Shown piece after piece: positions 18,691 through 28,504 of a stretch of 63,471 nucleotides of DNA (the first letter of the stretch is position 1; every line of letters begins with the position of its first letter). The stretch is from Vicinamibacteria bacterium (GTDB taxonomy: Bacteria; Acidobacteriota; Vicinamibacteria; Fen-336), in assembly GCA_016934575.1 (NCBI GenBank), contig JAFGSN010000107.1, positions 1 through 63,471 on the forward strand, written 5' to 3'. The notes under the pieces were generated by a model that was not told where the DNA came from, searched no databases, and saw only the letters and a program-made list of their open reading frames with translations. Position numbers and translations under genes: made by a program.

Positions 18691-19596
18691 TCAGTGCGCC
18701 CAGGGCCAGCTCGGCTCGCCCGCCGTGTAGAGGATGAGCACGACAGCAAGTCCCCAGAGAGCCACATTGATCATCAGCGGCCGGTCAGCGAGCAGAAGAT
18801 CCGTCGGGCTGCCGCCTTGATCTTTGCGATGAACGAGATACAGATAGCGGAAGATGCCGTATAGAACGAAAGGAATCGTCCATGTCAGTCGGTGCGTCTG
18901 GAACTTCTCGATCGTCGCGGGCGCCGTGGTGTAGATGGCATACGCGGTCACGCTCGATGCGGTCACGACGGCGATCATTTGATCCAGGAAGTAGGGGTCG
19001 TATTCCGACAGGATGGCGCGGTGTTCCATCGCCCCGGCGTTGAGCAGCGTGAGCTCGTGCCTTCTCTTGCACATCGTCAAGAAGAGGGCTAGGAGCAGGG
19101 CGCAGATCAGCAGCCAGTCGCTGATCGCCACCGGAATGGCGACGGCGCCAGCCACGGGCCGGATCACGAATCCAAAGCTGACGCTGATGGCGTCCATGAT
19201 GACGATGTTTTTCAGCTTGAAAGAATAGAGGATGTTGAGCAGGACATAGGCCGCGGAACACAGGACGAAGATCGATCCCAGATACGCCGACGCCAGGAGG
19301 GCGGTCGCGATTAGCGCGACGGCCGCCGCGGTCGCCGTTCCCGGAGAGAGCGCGCCGCGCGCGATGGGCCGCAGTCTCTTGCGCGGATGTTGGCGGTCGC
19401 GTTCGATGTCGGCGATATCGTTGATGAGATAAACAGCTCCCGACAGCGCGCAGAACAGCAAGAAGGCCAGGAAAGTACGCAGAACCGCCGGCAGGACGAA
19501 CAGATGTTTATCGAAGATCAGCGCGGCGAAGACAAAAAGATTTTTCGTCCACTGATGAGGTCGGAGCGAGATGAGCAGAGCGCTGAGCTTCGACAT
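18691..19596 (-). CDS. UbiA-family decaprenyl-phosphate phosphoribosyltransferase
   Basis: LRPHQWTKN, YLINDIADIERDRQHPRKRLRPIARG, KRRHEL, YGIFRYLYL..GGSPT; multiple TM helices. Confidence 0.9.
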   Translation of the reverse strand: MSKLSALLISLRPHQWTKNLFVFAALIFDKHLFVLPAVLRTFLAFLLFCALSGAVYLINDIADIERDRQHPRKRLRPIARGALSPGTATAAAVALIATALLASAYLGSIFVLCSAAYVLLNILYSFKLKNIVIMDAISVSFGFVIRPVAGAVAIPVAISDWLLICALLLALFLTMCKRRHELTLLNAGAMEHRAILSEYDPYFLDQMIAVVTASSVTAYAIYTTAPATIEKFQTHRLTWTIPFVLYGIFRYLYLVHRKDQGGSPTDLLLADRPLMINVALWGLAVVLILYTAGEPSWPWAH

Positions 19597-19695
19597 CCGC
19601 AGCCTTCCAGCCCCGATAAGATACCATTGCGAGAAACCCCGGCCCCTGTTTCATCAGGGAGACGACGCTTCTCAAGCGATGCCAGGCGCCTTGGC

Positions 19696-20031
19696 TCAGA
19701 AGCTCTTGACGGCTTCGTTCTCGGATTCGAAGGTCTCGAAAACCGTCAATAGCTTCGTGATCGCCAGGAGGTCCCGGATCTTCTTGGTCAGATTGACGAG
19801 TTTCAACCGGCCGCCCTTCCGGAGGACCATCGTATAGCAGCGGACGATCTCGCCCAGGCCTGCGGAGTCCACGTACGGCACGTCGGCGAGATTCAGAAGA
19901 ATCTTGGTCTTGCCGGAGTCGACTAGTTTCGCCACGGCCTCCCGAAGCGCCTCGTCGCTTTCTCCAATCTGTATCTTTCCGGATACGTCTAGGACGTGAA
20001 CATCCTCGATCTGCCGTTCTGTGATCTTCAT
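19696..20031 (-). CDS. STAS-domain anti-sigma factor antagonist
   Basis: ILLNLADVPYVDSAGLGEIV with the phosphorylatable Ser in DSAG. Confidence 0.93.
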   Translation of the reverse strand: MKITERQIEDVHVLDVSGKIQIGESDEALREAVAKLVDSGKTKILLNLADVPYVDSAGLGEIVRCYTMVLRKGGRLKLVNLTKKIRDLLAITKLLTVFETFESENEAVKSF

Positions 20032-20184
20032 GTCCGGCTCTTCTCCCTGTCTTGAGCTATTCGCGTCATTTTTTGAGCTTCGCGTGGCCCGCTCCTCGAC
20101 TCTTCCGATCTCTTTCGGAACGCCGCTTGCGGGCTCGCTTTCACTGCGTGAGAACGTTTTCCTCTCGCGAGGCCGTCCGCGCCG

Positions 20185-20382
20185 CTAACTGGCCTCTCGA
20201 CGACTCTTCTTTCGGCTGCGTTTGCGGGCAAGAGCCTGCTTGGCTCGGCGTTTATCGCCGGGCTTCATGTAGAAACTGTGCTTTTTGATTTCCTTGATGA
20301 TGTCTTCCTGCTGCACTTTGCGCTTGAATCGGCGCAAAGCATTCTCGATCGACTCTCCGTCCTGCATCCTGATTTCGGCCAA
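20185..20382 (-). CDS. rpsU: 30S ribosomal protein S21
   Basis: ESIENALRRFKRKV..EDIIKEIKKHSFYMKPG; TTG start. Confidence 0.96.
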   Translation of the reverse strand: MAEIRMQDGESIENALRRFKRKVQQEDIIKEIKKHSFYMKPGDKRRAKQALARKRSRKKSRREAS

Positions 20383-20486
20383 AACTCGCTCAACCCCCCC
20401 CTCGATACTCTTTTTGAAGAGACACTGCTTGCCGATCCGGCGGCCTCTGGATGAAAAACCCTCGTCCGAAGACCCCGGAACATGAG

Positions 20487-20515
20487 ATGCTAGGTCATGG
20501 CCTTCTGGGTGTCAA
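20487..20515 (-). promoter_or_regulatory. Putative sigma70 promoter for rpsU
   Basis: Minus strand TTGACA (20515-20510), 17 nt, TAGCAT (20492-20487). Confidence 0.6.
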
Positions 20516-20593
20516 GGAGGGCGGTCTTGTCCGATTTCGGGCGTCTCCAGTCACGGCCCGCCATGCCGGTTTCAAAGAGGACCATCTTCTAGC

Positions 20594-21544
20594 ATGGCGG
20601 GCGATGATTCGACGCGATGTGTCGTCCATCAACAGAACGGCGCGGGACGATTATTCGTCGTAGCCACGCCGCTGGGCAATCTCGAGGACATCAGTCTCAG
20701 GGCGCTGCGCGTGTTGCGCGAGGTTCATCTCATCGCTTGTGAAGACACCCGGCGGACGGGGCGCCTGCTCCGTCATTTTCGCATTCGAACGCTAACGACG
20801 TCTTTCTTCGAGCACAACGAACGCGCGAAGTGCGGGCGCATCATCGAGGTCCTTGGCGACGGCCATGACGTCGCCCTCGTCAGCGACGCTGGAACGCCTG
20901 GAATCTCGGATCCGGGATATCGACTGGTCCGTTCGGCTCGCGCCGCGGGTTTCGCCGTTTTTCCCGTGCCCGGACCCAACGCCGCAGTCACCGCCCTGTC
21001 CGTTTCCGGATTGCCGACGGATCATTTCCTCTTCGTCGGATTTCTTCCCGTCCGGTTCGCCGCGCGGCGTCAGGCCGCGGAGGATCTGGGGTTGCGACGT
21101 GAAACGTTCGTTCTCTACGAGAGTCCGGTTCGAATCCTCTCTCTTCTGGATCTTCTGATCGCCACGGCCGGAGACAGGGAGGCCTTCCTCTGTCGAGAGG
21201 CCACCAAGCTTCATGAAGAGCATGCTCGCGGCCGGCTATCCGATATCCGTCGTTCCTTGTCGGATCGGCCGGAGATCAAGGGCGAGATCGTTCTCGTCGT
21301 TTCCGGCGCCAGGGATGCCGAGCCGCGGCCCGAGGTCTCTCCCGAGGAGCTTTATGCTCAGATCGTCGGCTCGGGCCTCAGGAGACGTCAGGCGGTGAAA
21401 GAAGTGGCGCGTCGGCTTGGATTGCCGGCTCGCGATGTATACCGGCGCACTCTGCCCGCGCCTATCTCCAAGGGAACCGACGGTGAGGAAAAAGCTCCTG
21501 AGGGTCCACCTTGCGGGAAAGGCGATGGAGCACCGGTCGAGTGA
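20594..21544 (+). CDS. rsmI: 16S rRNA (cytidine(1402)-2'-O)-methyltransferase
   Basis: LFVVATPLGNLEDISLRAL, ACEDTRRT, VSDAGTPGISDPG, YESP, REATKLHEE, KGEIVLVV. Confidence 0.95.
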   Translation: MAGDDSTRCVVHQQNGAGRLFVVATPLGNLEDISLRALRVLREVHLIACEDTRRTGRLLRHFRIRTLTTSFFEHNERAKCGRIIEVLGDGHDVALVSDAGTPGISDPGYRLVRSARAAGFAVFPVPGPNAAVTALSVSGLPTDHFLFVGFLPVRFAARRQAAEDLGLRRETFVLYESPVRILSLLDLLIATAGDREAFLCREATKLHEEHARGRLSDIRRSLSDRPEIKGEIVLVVSGARDAEPRPEVSPEELYAQIVGSGLRRRQAVKEVARRLGLPARDVYRRTLPAPISKGTDGEEKAPEGPPCGKGDGAPVE

Positions 21545-23204
21545 GATTCGTGCGCTGATAACTCACGCCGAGTCGGCCGAGCCGGCGCTCGATCTTGGCG
21601 GCCGCCGCCAGGTTGATCGGCACGAAAGCCGCTTCGGACGCGGCTTCAACGGCGCGGCGATGCTCGAAGAAGTACTCGGTCGTCGTTGGGCCGAGCTTCG
21701 CCGAGCAGATGATCCGCTCTTCGGAAAGAAAACCGATGATCGGAGCCAGGCTGAAATCCGTGTAACAGTGATGCACGCCCAGCCGCTCCATGCCCGTTAC
21801 GAGCCGCCGTCGCTCCTGATCCCTGTGACGAGCGGCCGGCCAGAGCGCCCACGAGCCCGCGGCGCCAAAAAGTATGAGCGTCGTGAGCCAGATTCGCGCT
21901 CGACGGCCGTTGAACGCCGTGGCGATGAAAACGGCGCCGGGCGTGATGAGAAAGAGGATATAGCGCGGGATGCCCGGAACGTGCGGCAACGCGCAGACGC
22001 AGACGCCGATGTTGACCATTGCGAAGGCGATCAACACGCGATCCGGGCGGGATCCCCGCCAGGCGCGAGCGCCGGCCTGGACGAGCGCGAAGACGACGCT
22101 GGCGATCGCCAGCCAGGCGATCACTCTGCGCGATACGTCGAGCCAAGACGGCTCGATCGGCTCATAGCCCATGAGAACGGGGAATTGCTCGTGGAGCAAC
22201 AATCCGAGTCGCTCGATAACGCCGGGTCCTTGCGACAGTTCGCCGACCGCCTTGTTTCCGAATATGTACGAAAAACTGCGCCAATCGTGACTGGCGTTCC
22301 AGATGATCCCCGGCATGTACCCGAGAGTCGCTCCGAAACCAAAATTCAGCCACGATTTCCAGACCCGTGGTCCGGAGATCGCCAGAACGAGCCCGAATGT
22401 CGCGATGTAGTAGAGGGCCAGGATATGGCACCAGAACGCCAGGCCCAGCAAGACGCCGGCGGCAAGGGCGCGATGGGGTCGTCGCGCCTGGTTTTGGGCA
22501 AAAAGGCAGGCCAAGACGAGAGCCCAGGCACCGAGCGCCAGCACTTCCACGTAGTTCCCGTCATTGCTCAGGCTATAACGCGTGATGAATGGAGGAGCGA
22601 AGGCGACGAGCAGACCCGCGGCGAGCAGGGAAATTCGCGTCTTCGTTTGATCAAGGAATCCGGCGAGCCGGCAGACGGCGGCGACGAACAGGACGTAGAA
22701 GAACGTGGAAGTTAGCGCGAAAGCGCGCGGCGCGTCGATCACGAGCGCCATCATCGCCGTGATGTGCGCTTTGAGGCTGCCGCTGTACGGCACTCGAGGC
22801 ACGAAGACGAGGTGATCGACTCCGTCGCGGATGTGAATCGATAGGAGGCCCGATAAGGCTCCATCAGGCGTGAGATATCCTGCCGCGCCTTGCCATGCCA
22901 TGGGCAGTCGGAAAAACAATGCCAGTCCGCATGCTAAAAACGTCAAGATCCGGTCGGAGCGGGTCGGTAAAACCCGGAGCGAGCGCCAGCGATTTTTCAA
23001 CCAGAATGCGCAGGAGGCGGCAAACACAATGAATATCGGCAGGGGCGATACGGCGGAAAGAACGGCCGGCCGCCATGGCGATCCATCATCGAACCATCGC
23101 AAGCACAGCGTGACCCATGACGATGCGGCGATCCAGCCCGCGATGGAGATCAGGATCGCACGACTGTTTCGTGTTCGCGGGGCGTGGGCGTCTTCGTGTT
23201 TCAT
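21462..23204 (-). CDS. Polytopic membrane protein, GT-C (GT39/ArnT-like) glycosyltransferase-like
   Basis: Many TM helices, an acidic residue in an early loop (YLTPDG), GVLLGLAFWCH, PGIIWNASHDW, soluble C-terminal tail. Confidence 0.6.
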   Translation of the reverse strand: MKHEDAHAPRTRNSRAILISIAGWIAASSWVTLCLRWFDDGSPWRPAVLSAVSPLPIFIVFAASCAFWLKNRWRSLRVLPTRSDRILTFLACGLALFFRLPMAWQGAAGYLTPDGALSGLLSIHIRDGVDHLVFVPRVPYSGSLKAHITAMMALVIDAPRAFALTSTFFYVLFVAAVCRLAGFLDQTKTRISLLAAGLLVAFAPPFITRYSLSNDGNYVEVLALGAWALVLACLFAQNQARRPHRALAAGVLLGLAFWCHILALYYIATFGLVLAISGPRVWKSWLNFGFGATLGYMPGIIWNASHDWRSFSYIFGNKAVGELSQGPGVIERLGLLLHEQFPVLMGYEPIEPSWLDVSRRVIAWLAIASVVFALVQAGARAWRGSRPDRVLIAFAMVNIGVCVCALPHVPGIPRYILFLITPGAVFIATAFNGRRARIWLTTLILFGAAGSWALWPAARHRDQERRRLVTGMERLGVHHCYTDFSLAPIIGFLSEERIICSAKLGPTTTEYFFEHRRAVEAASEAAFVPINLAAAAKIERRLGRLGVSYQRTNLTRPVLHRLSRKVDPQELFPHRRFPWR

Positions 23205-23226
23205 GTCCGGGAGAAACGGCTCCGTG

Positions 23227-24621
23227 TCAGGGCGCGGTTCGCGTGGCGCCGCTCTTGCGCAAGGGCAGAAGGCCGAAGGCCTTCATCTTGCGATAGAGAT
23301 TCGAGCGCTCGACCTTGAGCGCCTCGGCGGTGCGGCTCATGTTGCCGCCGCACGCCTGATAGGTCTTCCAGATATGTTGTCGCTCGAAGGCATCACGAGC
23401 CTCCGCCAGCGTCGCGCCGCTTGTTTTCTGTGGCACGCATGGCGCCGGCGGCTCTGGTCGGGAGAAAGACGGCTGCGGGACGTCCTCGGCGCGGATCCTC
23501 TCTCCGGGCGACATGATGAACAGCCGTTCGATGACGTTGTGCAGCTCGCGAACGTTGCCCGGCCACGGCAGCGCCGAGAGGACACCGAGAGCTTCCGTCG
23601 TCAGCTCCTTCGGACGGCGGCCGTATTCCAGAGCCAGTCGCGCGACGAAATGACGCGCGAGCAGCGGGATATCCGAACGCCGTTCGCGCAGCGGCGGCAC
23701 ATGAAAGGGGATGACGTTCAGTCGGAAAAAGAGATCATCCCGAAAGAGGCGCTTCTCGATTTGCTGAAGAAGGTCCTTGTTGGTCGCGGCGATGACACGG
23801 ACGTCGATTGGAGTCGCCGGGCCGCCTCCCAGCGGCTCGACCCGCTGCTCTTGAAGGGCTCGCAGCACCTTGGCTTGCGTCTTCAAGCTCATGTCGCCGA
23901 CCTCGTCGAGAAAAAGCGTGCCGCCGTCGGCCTGCTCGAACTTGCCCTTGCGCGCCATATGAGCTCCGGTGAAGGCGCCACGCGCGTGCCCGAACAGCTC
24001 GCTCTCGATCAGTTCCTCCGGAATCGCCGCGCAATTCACCTCGATGAAAGGGCCGCTCGAGCGCCGGCTGTGCAGGTGGATGTTGCGGGCCACCAGCTCC
24101 TTGCCGGTTCCGTTCTCGCCGAAAATGAGCGCTCGACCGTGAGACGGCGCCGCCCGCATGATATCCGCGCGCAAGCCGCAAATGGCCGGGCTCTCGCCCA
24201 CCATCAGCCATTTTTGCTCGACTTCACGACGCAGGCTTCGCACTTCCCATTCGAGGCGGCGTTGATGCAACGCGTTGCGCACCGCGACGAGAGTCTTCTC
24301 GAGCGAGAGCGGTTTCTCGATGAAATCGAGCGCGCCCAGGCGCACGGCCTTGACCGCCGTCTCGATCGTGCCGTGGCCCGAAATCATGACGATCGGCAGG
24401 TCGGGTTCTAGCTCACGGACTCGGGAGAGAGTCGTGAGGCCGTCCATTCCAGGCAGCCAGACGTCGAGCAGCACGAGGTCGTGATGTCCTCTCGCCAGTC
24501 GTGTCAGGCAATCCTCGCCTGAGTCCGCCGTCTCGACGCTGTAACCCTCGTCGCCTAGTATGCCCGACAGCGAGGCCCGCACGCCTGATTCGTCGTCAAC
24601 GATCAGTATGCTTTCGCTCAT
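23227..24621 (-). CDS. ntrX: Sigma54-dependent response regulator (NtrX/NtrC family)
   Basis: REC (ILIVDDE, LLDVWLPGMDG), AAA+ GENGTGKE, ESELFGH..GAFTGA, WPGNVREL, Fis-type HTH. Confidence 0.92.
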   Translation of the reverse strand: MSESILIVDDESGVRASLSGILGDEGYSVETADSGEDCLTRLARGHHDLVLLDVWLPGMDGLTTLSRVRELEPDLPIVMISGHGTIETAVKAVRLGALDFIEKPLSLEKTLVAVRNALHQRRLEWEVRSLRREVEQKWLMVGESPAICGLRADIMRAAPSHGRALIFGENGTGKELVARNIHLHSRRSSGPFIEVNCAAIPEELIESELFGHARGAFTGAHMARKGKFEQADGGTLFLDEVGDMSLKTQAKVLRALQEQRVEPLGGGPATPIDVRVIAATNKDLLQQIEKRLFRDDLFFRLNVIPFHVPPLRERRSDIPLLARHFVARLALEYGRRPKELTTEALGVLSALPWPGNVRELHNVIERLFIMSPGERIRAEDVPQPSFSRPEPPAPCVPQKTSGATLAEARDAFERQHIWKTYQACGGNMSRTAEALKVERSNLYRKMKAFGLLPLRKSGATRTAP

Positions 24622-24681
24622 CGTCTCTCCGTGTAACAGCCGTCATGAGCATTGACGTGCCGTGAGCCTTCCCGTGGCGCG

Positions 24682-26877
24682 TCACAGCGGAAACTCGACC
24701 ACGAAACATGCGCCTCTGGGTTGATGCGCCTCCACGCGGATCGTCGCCTGATGCTCTTCGAGAATCCGGCTGACGACCGCTAAACCGAGGCCGCCGCCGC
24801 GTTTCTTGGTTGAGAAATGCGGAACGAAGAGCTTGTCGCGACGCTCCTCCGATATCCCTGGGCCGTCATCGACGACCATCAAACGAAGACGTCCGTTTTG
24901 CCGATCGACCTCGGTACGGATGCGGATCCTTCCTTTGCGGTTCATGGCCTCGATCGCGTTGTCCACGAGATTGATGAGCACCCGTTTGAGCTGACTCGGA
25001 TCCAGCCGGACCCGAGGAGTCTCGGTCGCATACTCTCGCTCGAAGTGAACGCCTCCGAACAATCCATCGTAAAGCGCGAGCGTCTGCTCGATGAGCTCGT
25101 GAAGATCGGTCGGCACCGGCCTCACGTCCGGCAACCGTGCGAACTGCGCGAATTCGTCCACGAGATTCCTGAGAGCCGCGACTTCGTCGACGATCGTCCG
25201 CGTCGCGTCCGTGACGATTTTCTCGAGATCCGGCGCTGAACGGAGATAGGCTTTGCGAATGCGCTGCGCCGAGAGCTGGATCGGCGTCAGCGGATTCTTG
25301 ATCTCGTGCGCGAGCTTCCGCGCCACTTCGCCCCACGCCGCGACGCGTTGAGCGCGAACGAGCGTCGTGAGGTCGTCGAGGACGATCACGACCCCGGGTC
25401 GCGAGGTCAGGGAAGCGTAGAGCGGAACGCCGGTGACGGCCATGTGCCGTTCGCCCGATGGAACGGGGACGCGGATCTCCTTTTCTGCCCGCGTCATGCG
25501 TCCGGAGAGCACGCGCCGAGCGAGATCGGCGATCTCCTCGCGCCCTGGTCCTGTCAGAACATCGGAGACGCGGCGTCCCGCGGCGCCGGAATCGAGGTCG
25601 AGCAATCGGCATGCGGCGGCGTTGACGACCGTCGCCGTGCCCTCCACGTCGGCTACGAGAATGCCTGTGCCCACCGCCTCGAGCACCGTCTCCATGACAC
25701 GCTGTCGTTCCTCCAACTCCTGGTTTTTCCGAGAGAGGCTCTCGCGGTTGTATTCCACCTCCTCCTCGCTGCGCGTCAAGCGCTCGGACATGCGGTTGAA
25801 GGATGCGATCAGGTTGGCAAACTCGTCGTCGCCCGGAGGAAAATCAAGGCGCACGCTTCTCTCGCCGGCGGTGATGCGCTCGGCGCCGCTTGCGGCGAGC
25901 CGGACGGGAGTCGTGATCCGACGCGACAAATATAGGGCGAGCCATACCGCGCCGAACAGCACCAGCAAAGCTGGGAATATGTAAACTGACACGTAGAACG
26001 CCTTGATCGGCTCTTTGAACGTGAGCGCTTGCTGGTAGCTCACGTAGTGTCGTTCCACCTCCCGGACCTCGCCGGCGATCTCGCCCGGCAGAAACGTCGA
26101 GACGACGACCGCTCCGGCGACGTCGGCGTCCGGCGTCGTCACCGGAACCGCCACGCGGATGAGCTCGCCGGAAGCGTAAGGAATCGAGTCTTCGGTTTCC
26201 CGTCCGAGCAGCGCAATCTCGGCCAGAGGATCGCTGCCGGCGCGTCCGAACGGCCCGGTGGGAATCGTGGGATTCATCACGGCCACGAGCTCTCCATCTT
26301 GTCCGAAAACGTTCACGGCATCGATTTGAAGCTCGCGCGCGCGCCGCGTGACCACGCCGCGCAATCGAGACTGATAAGCGGGATCGAGCAGCCGGCGCGC
26401 TCTGATCTCGCGCGCCAGGACTCGGGCATGAATGCGGGAGCGAACCGCCACGGATTCCCTTAAAGCGGAACCGAGCGTTTGCGAGGAGGAGAGGATCCTC
26501 TCCACGTCCACGTTGAACCAGCGATCCACCGTGTGTTGGATCAGATCGCTGCCGATCAAGAGCATGAGCAGCGCCGGCCCGACGGCCATGATCAGGAAGA
26601 CGAGAAGAAGGCGCATCTGCAATCGGGCGCCGAGAACGCCTCGTCGTCTTTCCATCAGGATGCGAATGAGATTGCGGCCGAGAACGAGCAGCAGGATCAG
26701 CAGCAGGATCAGATTGAGAACGGTCAGGCCGAGGAGCACCGCCGAGACGAGGAAGTCCGGCGCGAAGGCCCGGCTCGAGCGCAGGAGCTGAGGGATGCCG
26801 ATGAGCAAGAGCGCCGCCCCCACGGCGATCGCCAGAATCGCCAGCGCGTTGTTGCGAAGAGGAATACGACGAGTCAT
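24682..26877 (-). CDS. ntrY: NtrY-like sensor histidine kinase (TM, HAMP, PAS, HisKA, HATPase)
   Basis: AAWGEVARKLAHEIKNPLTPIQLSAQR, NLVDNA, DDGPG, FSTK..GGGLGL. Confidence 0.92.
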   Translation of the reverse strand: MTRRIPLRNNALAILAIAVGAALLLIGIPQLLRSSRAFAPDFLVSAVLLGLTVLNLILLLILLLVLGRNLIRILMERRRGVLGARLQMRLLLVFLIMAVGPALLMLLIGSDLIQHTVDRWFNVDVERILSSSQTLGSALRESVAVRSRIHARVLAREIRARRLLDPAYQSRLRGVVTRRARELQIDAVNVFGQDGELVAVMNPTIPTGPFGRAGSDPLAEIALLGRETEDSIPYASGELIRVAVPVTTPDADVAGAVVVSTFLPGEIAGEVREVERHYVSYQQALTFKEPIKAFYVSVYIFPALLVLFGAVWLALYLSRRITTPVRLAASGAERITAGERSVRLDFPPGDDEFANLIASFNRMSERLTRSEEEVEYNRESLSRKNQELEERQRVMETVLEAVGTGILVADVEGTATVVNAAACRLLDLDSGAAGRRVSDVLTGPGREEIADLARRVLSGRMTRAEKEIRVPVPSGERHMAVTGVPLYASLTSRPGVVIVLDDLTTLVRAQRVAAWGEVARKLAHEIKNPLTPIQLSAQRIRKAYLRSAPDLEKIVTDATRTIVDEVAALRNLVDEFAQFARLPDVRPVPTDLHELIEQTLALYDGLFGGVHFEREYATETPRVRLDPSQLKRVLINLVDNAIEAMNRKGRIRIRTEVDRQNGRLRLMVVDDGPGISEERRDKLFVPHFSTKKRGGGLGLAVVSRILEEHQATIRVEAHQPRGACFVVEFPL

Positions 26878-27006
26878 TTCAACATGTGAATCCGCGTCCG
26901 CTTCCTTTCACTCGTCACGGTCGCGTCGGCGGGTTCTTAATCGCTCCGAGGCCGAAGTATTGTAGCGTGGCGGCCACACGCCGCCCAATTCTTCCAACAG
27001 GGACGG

Positions 27007-28185
27007 TCACGCCAGAAACAACAGGTCTTTCTGGATCGCGCCCGTAACTTCGGCCGCGTCCTCGCCGAAGTAAAGGTCGATTTCGCTGCGGACGCCGAAC
27101 TCGGGCAGGTACACGCCGGGCTCGATGGAAAAACACAGCCCCGGGATGATCCGCCGCTCGTCGCGAGTTTCGAAGTTGTCGATGTTGACGCCGTTGCCGT
27201 GAACCTCCGTGCCGATCGAATGGCCGGTGCGGTGAATGAAGTAATCGCCATAGCCGCGTTGCTCGATTACGCTTCGGGCGACGTCGTCCACGTCGCACCC
27301 GCGAATCGCCCGACGCGACGTCGCGGCGGACTGAACGAACGCGATCGCGGCATCCCGCGCGTCACGCACGGCTTCCCATGCCGCGCGCATTCTCTCGGGG
27401 GCCTCGTCCCCGCAGAAGGCCATCCAGGTCGTGTCGTAATAGACGGCCTCGGGCGGTTCCGCCAGCTTGGCCCAGAGATCGACGAGCAGCAGGTCTCCGC
27501 GTCGGATCGGTCGATCACGCTCGCCCGGACAGGTCTCGAAATGGGGATTCGAGGCGTGCTCGTTGACGGCCACGATAGGCGGATGATCGAAGGCGAGACG
27601 CCTGCGACCGAACTCTTCAATGATGAATTTTTGAACCTCGCTTTCGGAAATCGACGCTTTGCCTTTCAAGCGCATACGAACGAGGTCAAACGCGGCGTTT
27701 TTCGCCGCGAGCACTCCTTCCGCCGCTCGATCGTGCAAATCCTTCTGATCTTTCGTCCATCGCGCCTCGAAGATTTGCACGAGGTCGGCCGAGCTGACGA
27801 TGTCGGGTCCGAGCGCGCGCGCCATCTCGATCGTTCCCGCATCCACGCGTCCGACATACGGCAGAGCGCCTCCAGGGCTGTACTCCATCGCGATACGATG
27901 TTTGTCCTTGAGGCAGCGGCCGAGGACGCTTTCGAGATCGCGATAGGAGCGATACACCGCGGCCGTTCCCGGTAGATTGCCGAGACTCCGGGACTCCACG
28001 GCATGAACGACGGCGGTGGGCGCGCCCTTTCGCGGAATGAAATAGAACCAGCGCCGGGTGGTGTGCCGCTCGGGGGCCAGGCCGACGATGCGCCGCGCGA
28101 TCGGATTGGATCCGCGGAAATCGTAGAGCAACCAGCCGTCAAGATTTGCCGCGGATAACGCTTCCTGCAAGATTTCGAGATCCAT
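27007..28185 (-). CDS. M24 family metallopeptidase (Xaa-Pro aminopeptidase-like)
   Basis: NPH, LLVDLWAK, YYDTTW, FIHRTGHSIG.EVHG, FSIEPGVY, GVRSE. Confidence 0.92.
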   Translation of the reverse strand: MDLEILQEALSAANLDGWLLYDFRGSNPIARRIVGLAPERHTTRRWFYFIPRKGAPTAVVHAVESRSLGNLPGTAAVYRSYRDLESVLGRCLKDKHRIAMEYSPGGALPYVGRVDAGTIEMARALGPDIVSSADLVQIFEARWTKDQKDLHDRAAEGVLAAKNAAFDLVRMRLKGKASISESEVQKFIIEEFGRRRLAFDHPPIVAVNEHASNPHFETCPGERDRPIRRGDLLLVDLWAKLAEPPEAVYYDTTWMAFCGDEAPERMRAAWEAVRDARDAAIAFVQSAATSRRAIRGCDVDDVARSVIEQRGYGDYFIHRTGHSIGTEVHGNGVNIDNFETRDERRIIPGLCFSIEPGVYLPEFGVRSEIDLYFGEDAAEVTGAIQKDLLFLA

Positions 28186-28504
28186 GTTTCCCCTCAAGTA
28201 TCTTCAACCGATGCGACGGTTGATTGTAAAAGAATGTAAAAAGTCCTGGGGCGCGTCAACCGCTCGCGGGCACAAAGGAGGGATCGTTCCCCTCAGTGGG
28301 GGCGGAAGGAGTTTTCAGCGGGTCGCGTAATCGGCGGGATTGGCCACAGGAAAGCGCGTCAGCATGGCCTTCTTACTCATTTATACGCACGAGACATGCC
28401 TTTGGTTTCATGAAAATGACAATCCAAGCGGCGGCGGTTTCCCGGAGCGCGCGCTTGTTGTATGATCTTGTCCTAGCGTCCTATATTTCCCGAGGAAGAA
28501 TCCG

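Noticed and set aside
21125-21140. GGTTCGAATCC tRNA T-loop-like sequence
   Set aside because: Lies inside rsmI (YESPVRIL); no cloverleaf around it.
21417-22715. 432-aa plus-strand ORF
   Set aside because: Arg-rich shadow opposite the GT-C-like membrane gene.
22870-24411. 513-aa plus-strand ORF
   Set aside because: Antisense shadow of the NtrX-like regulator.
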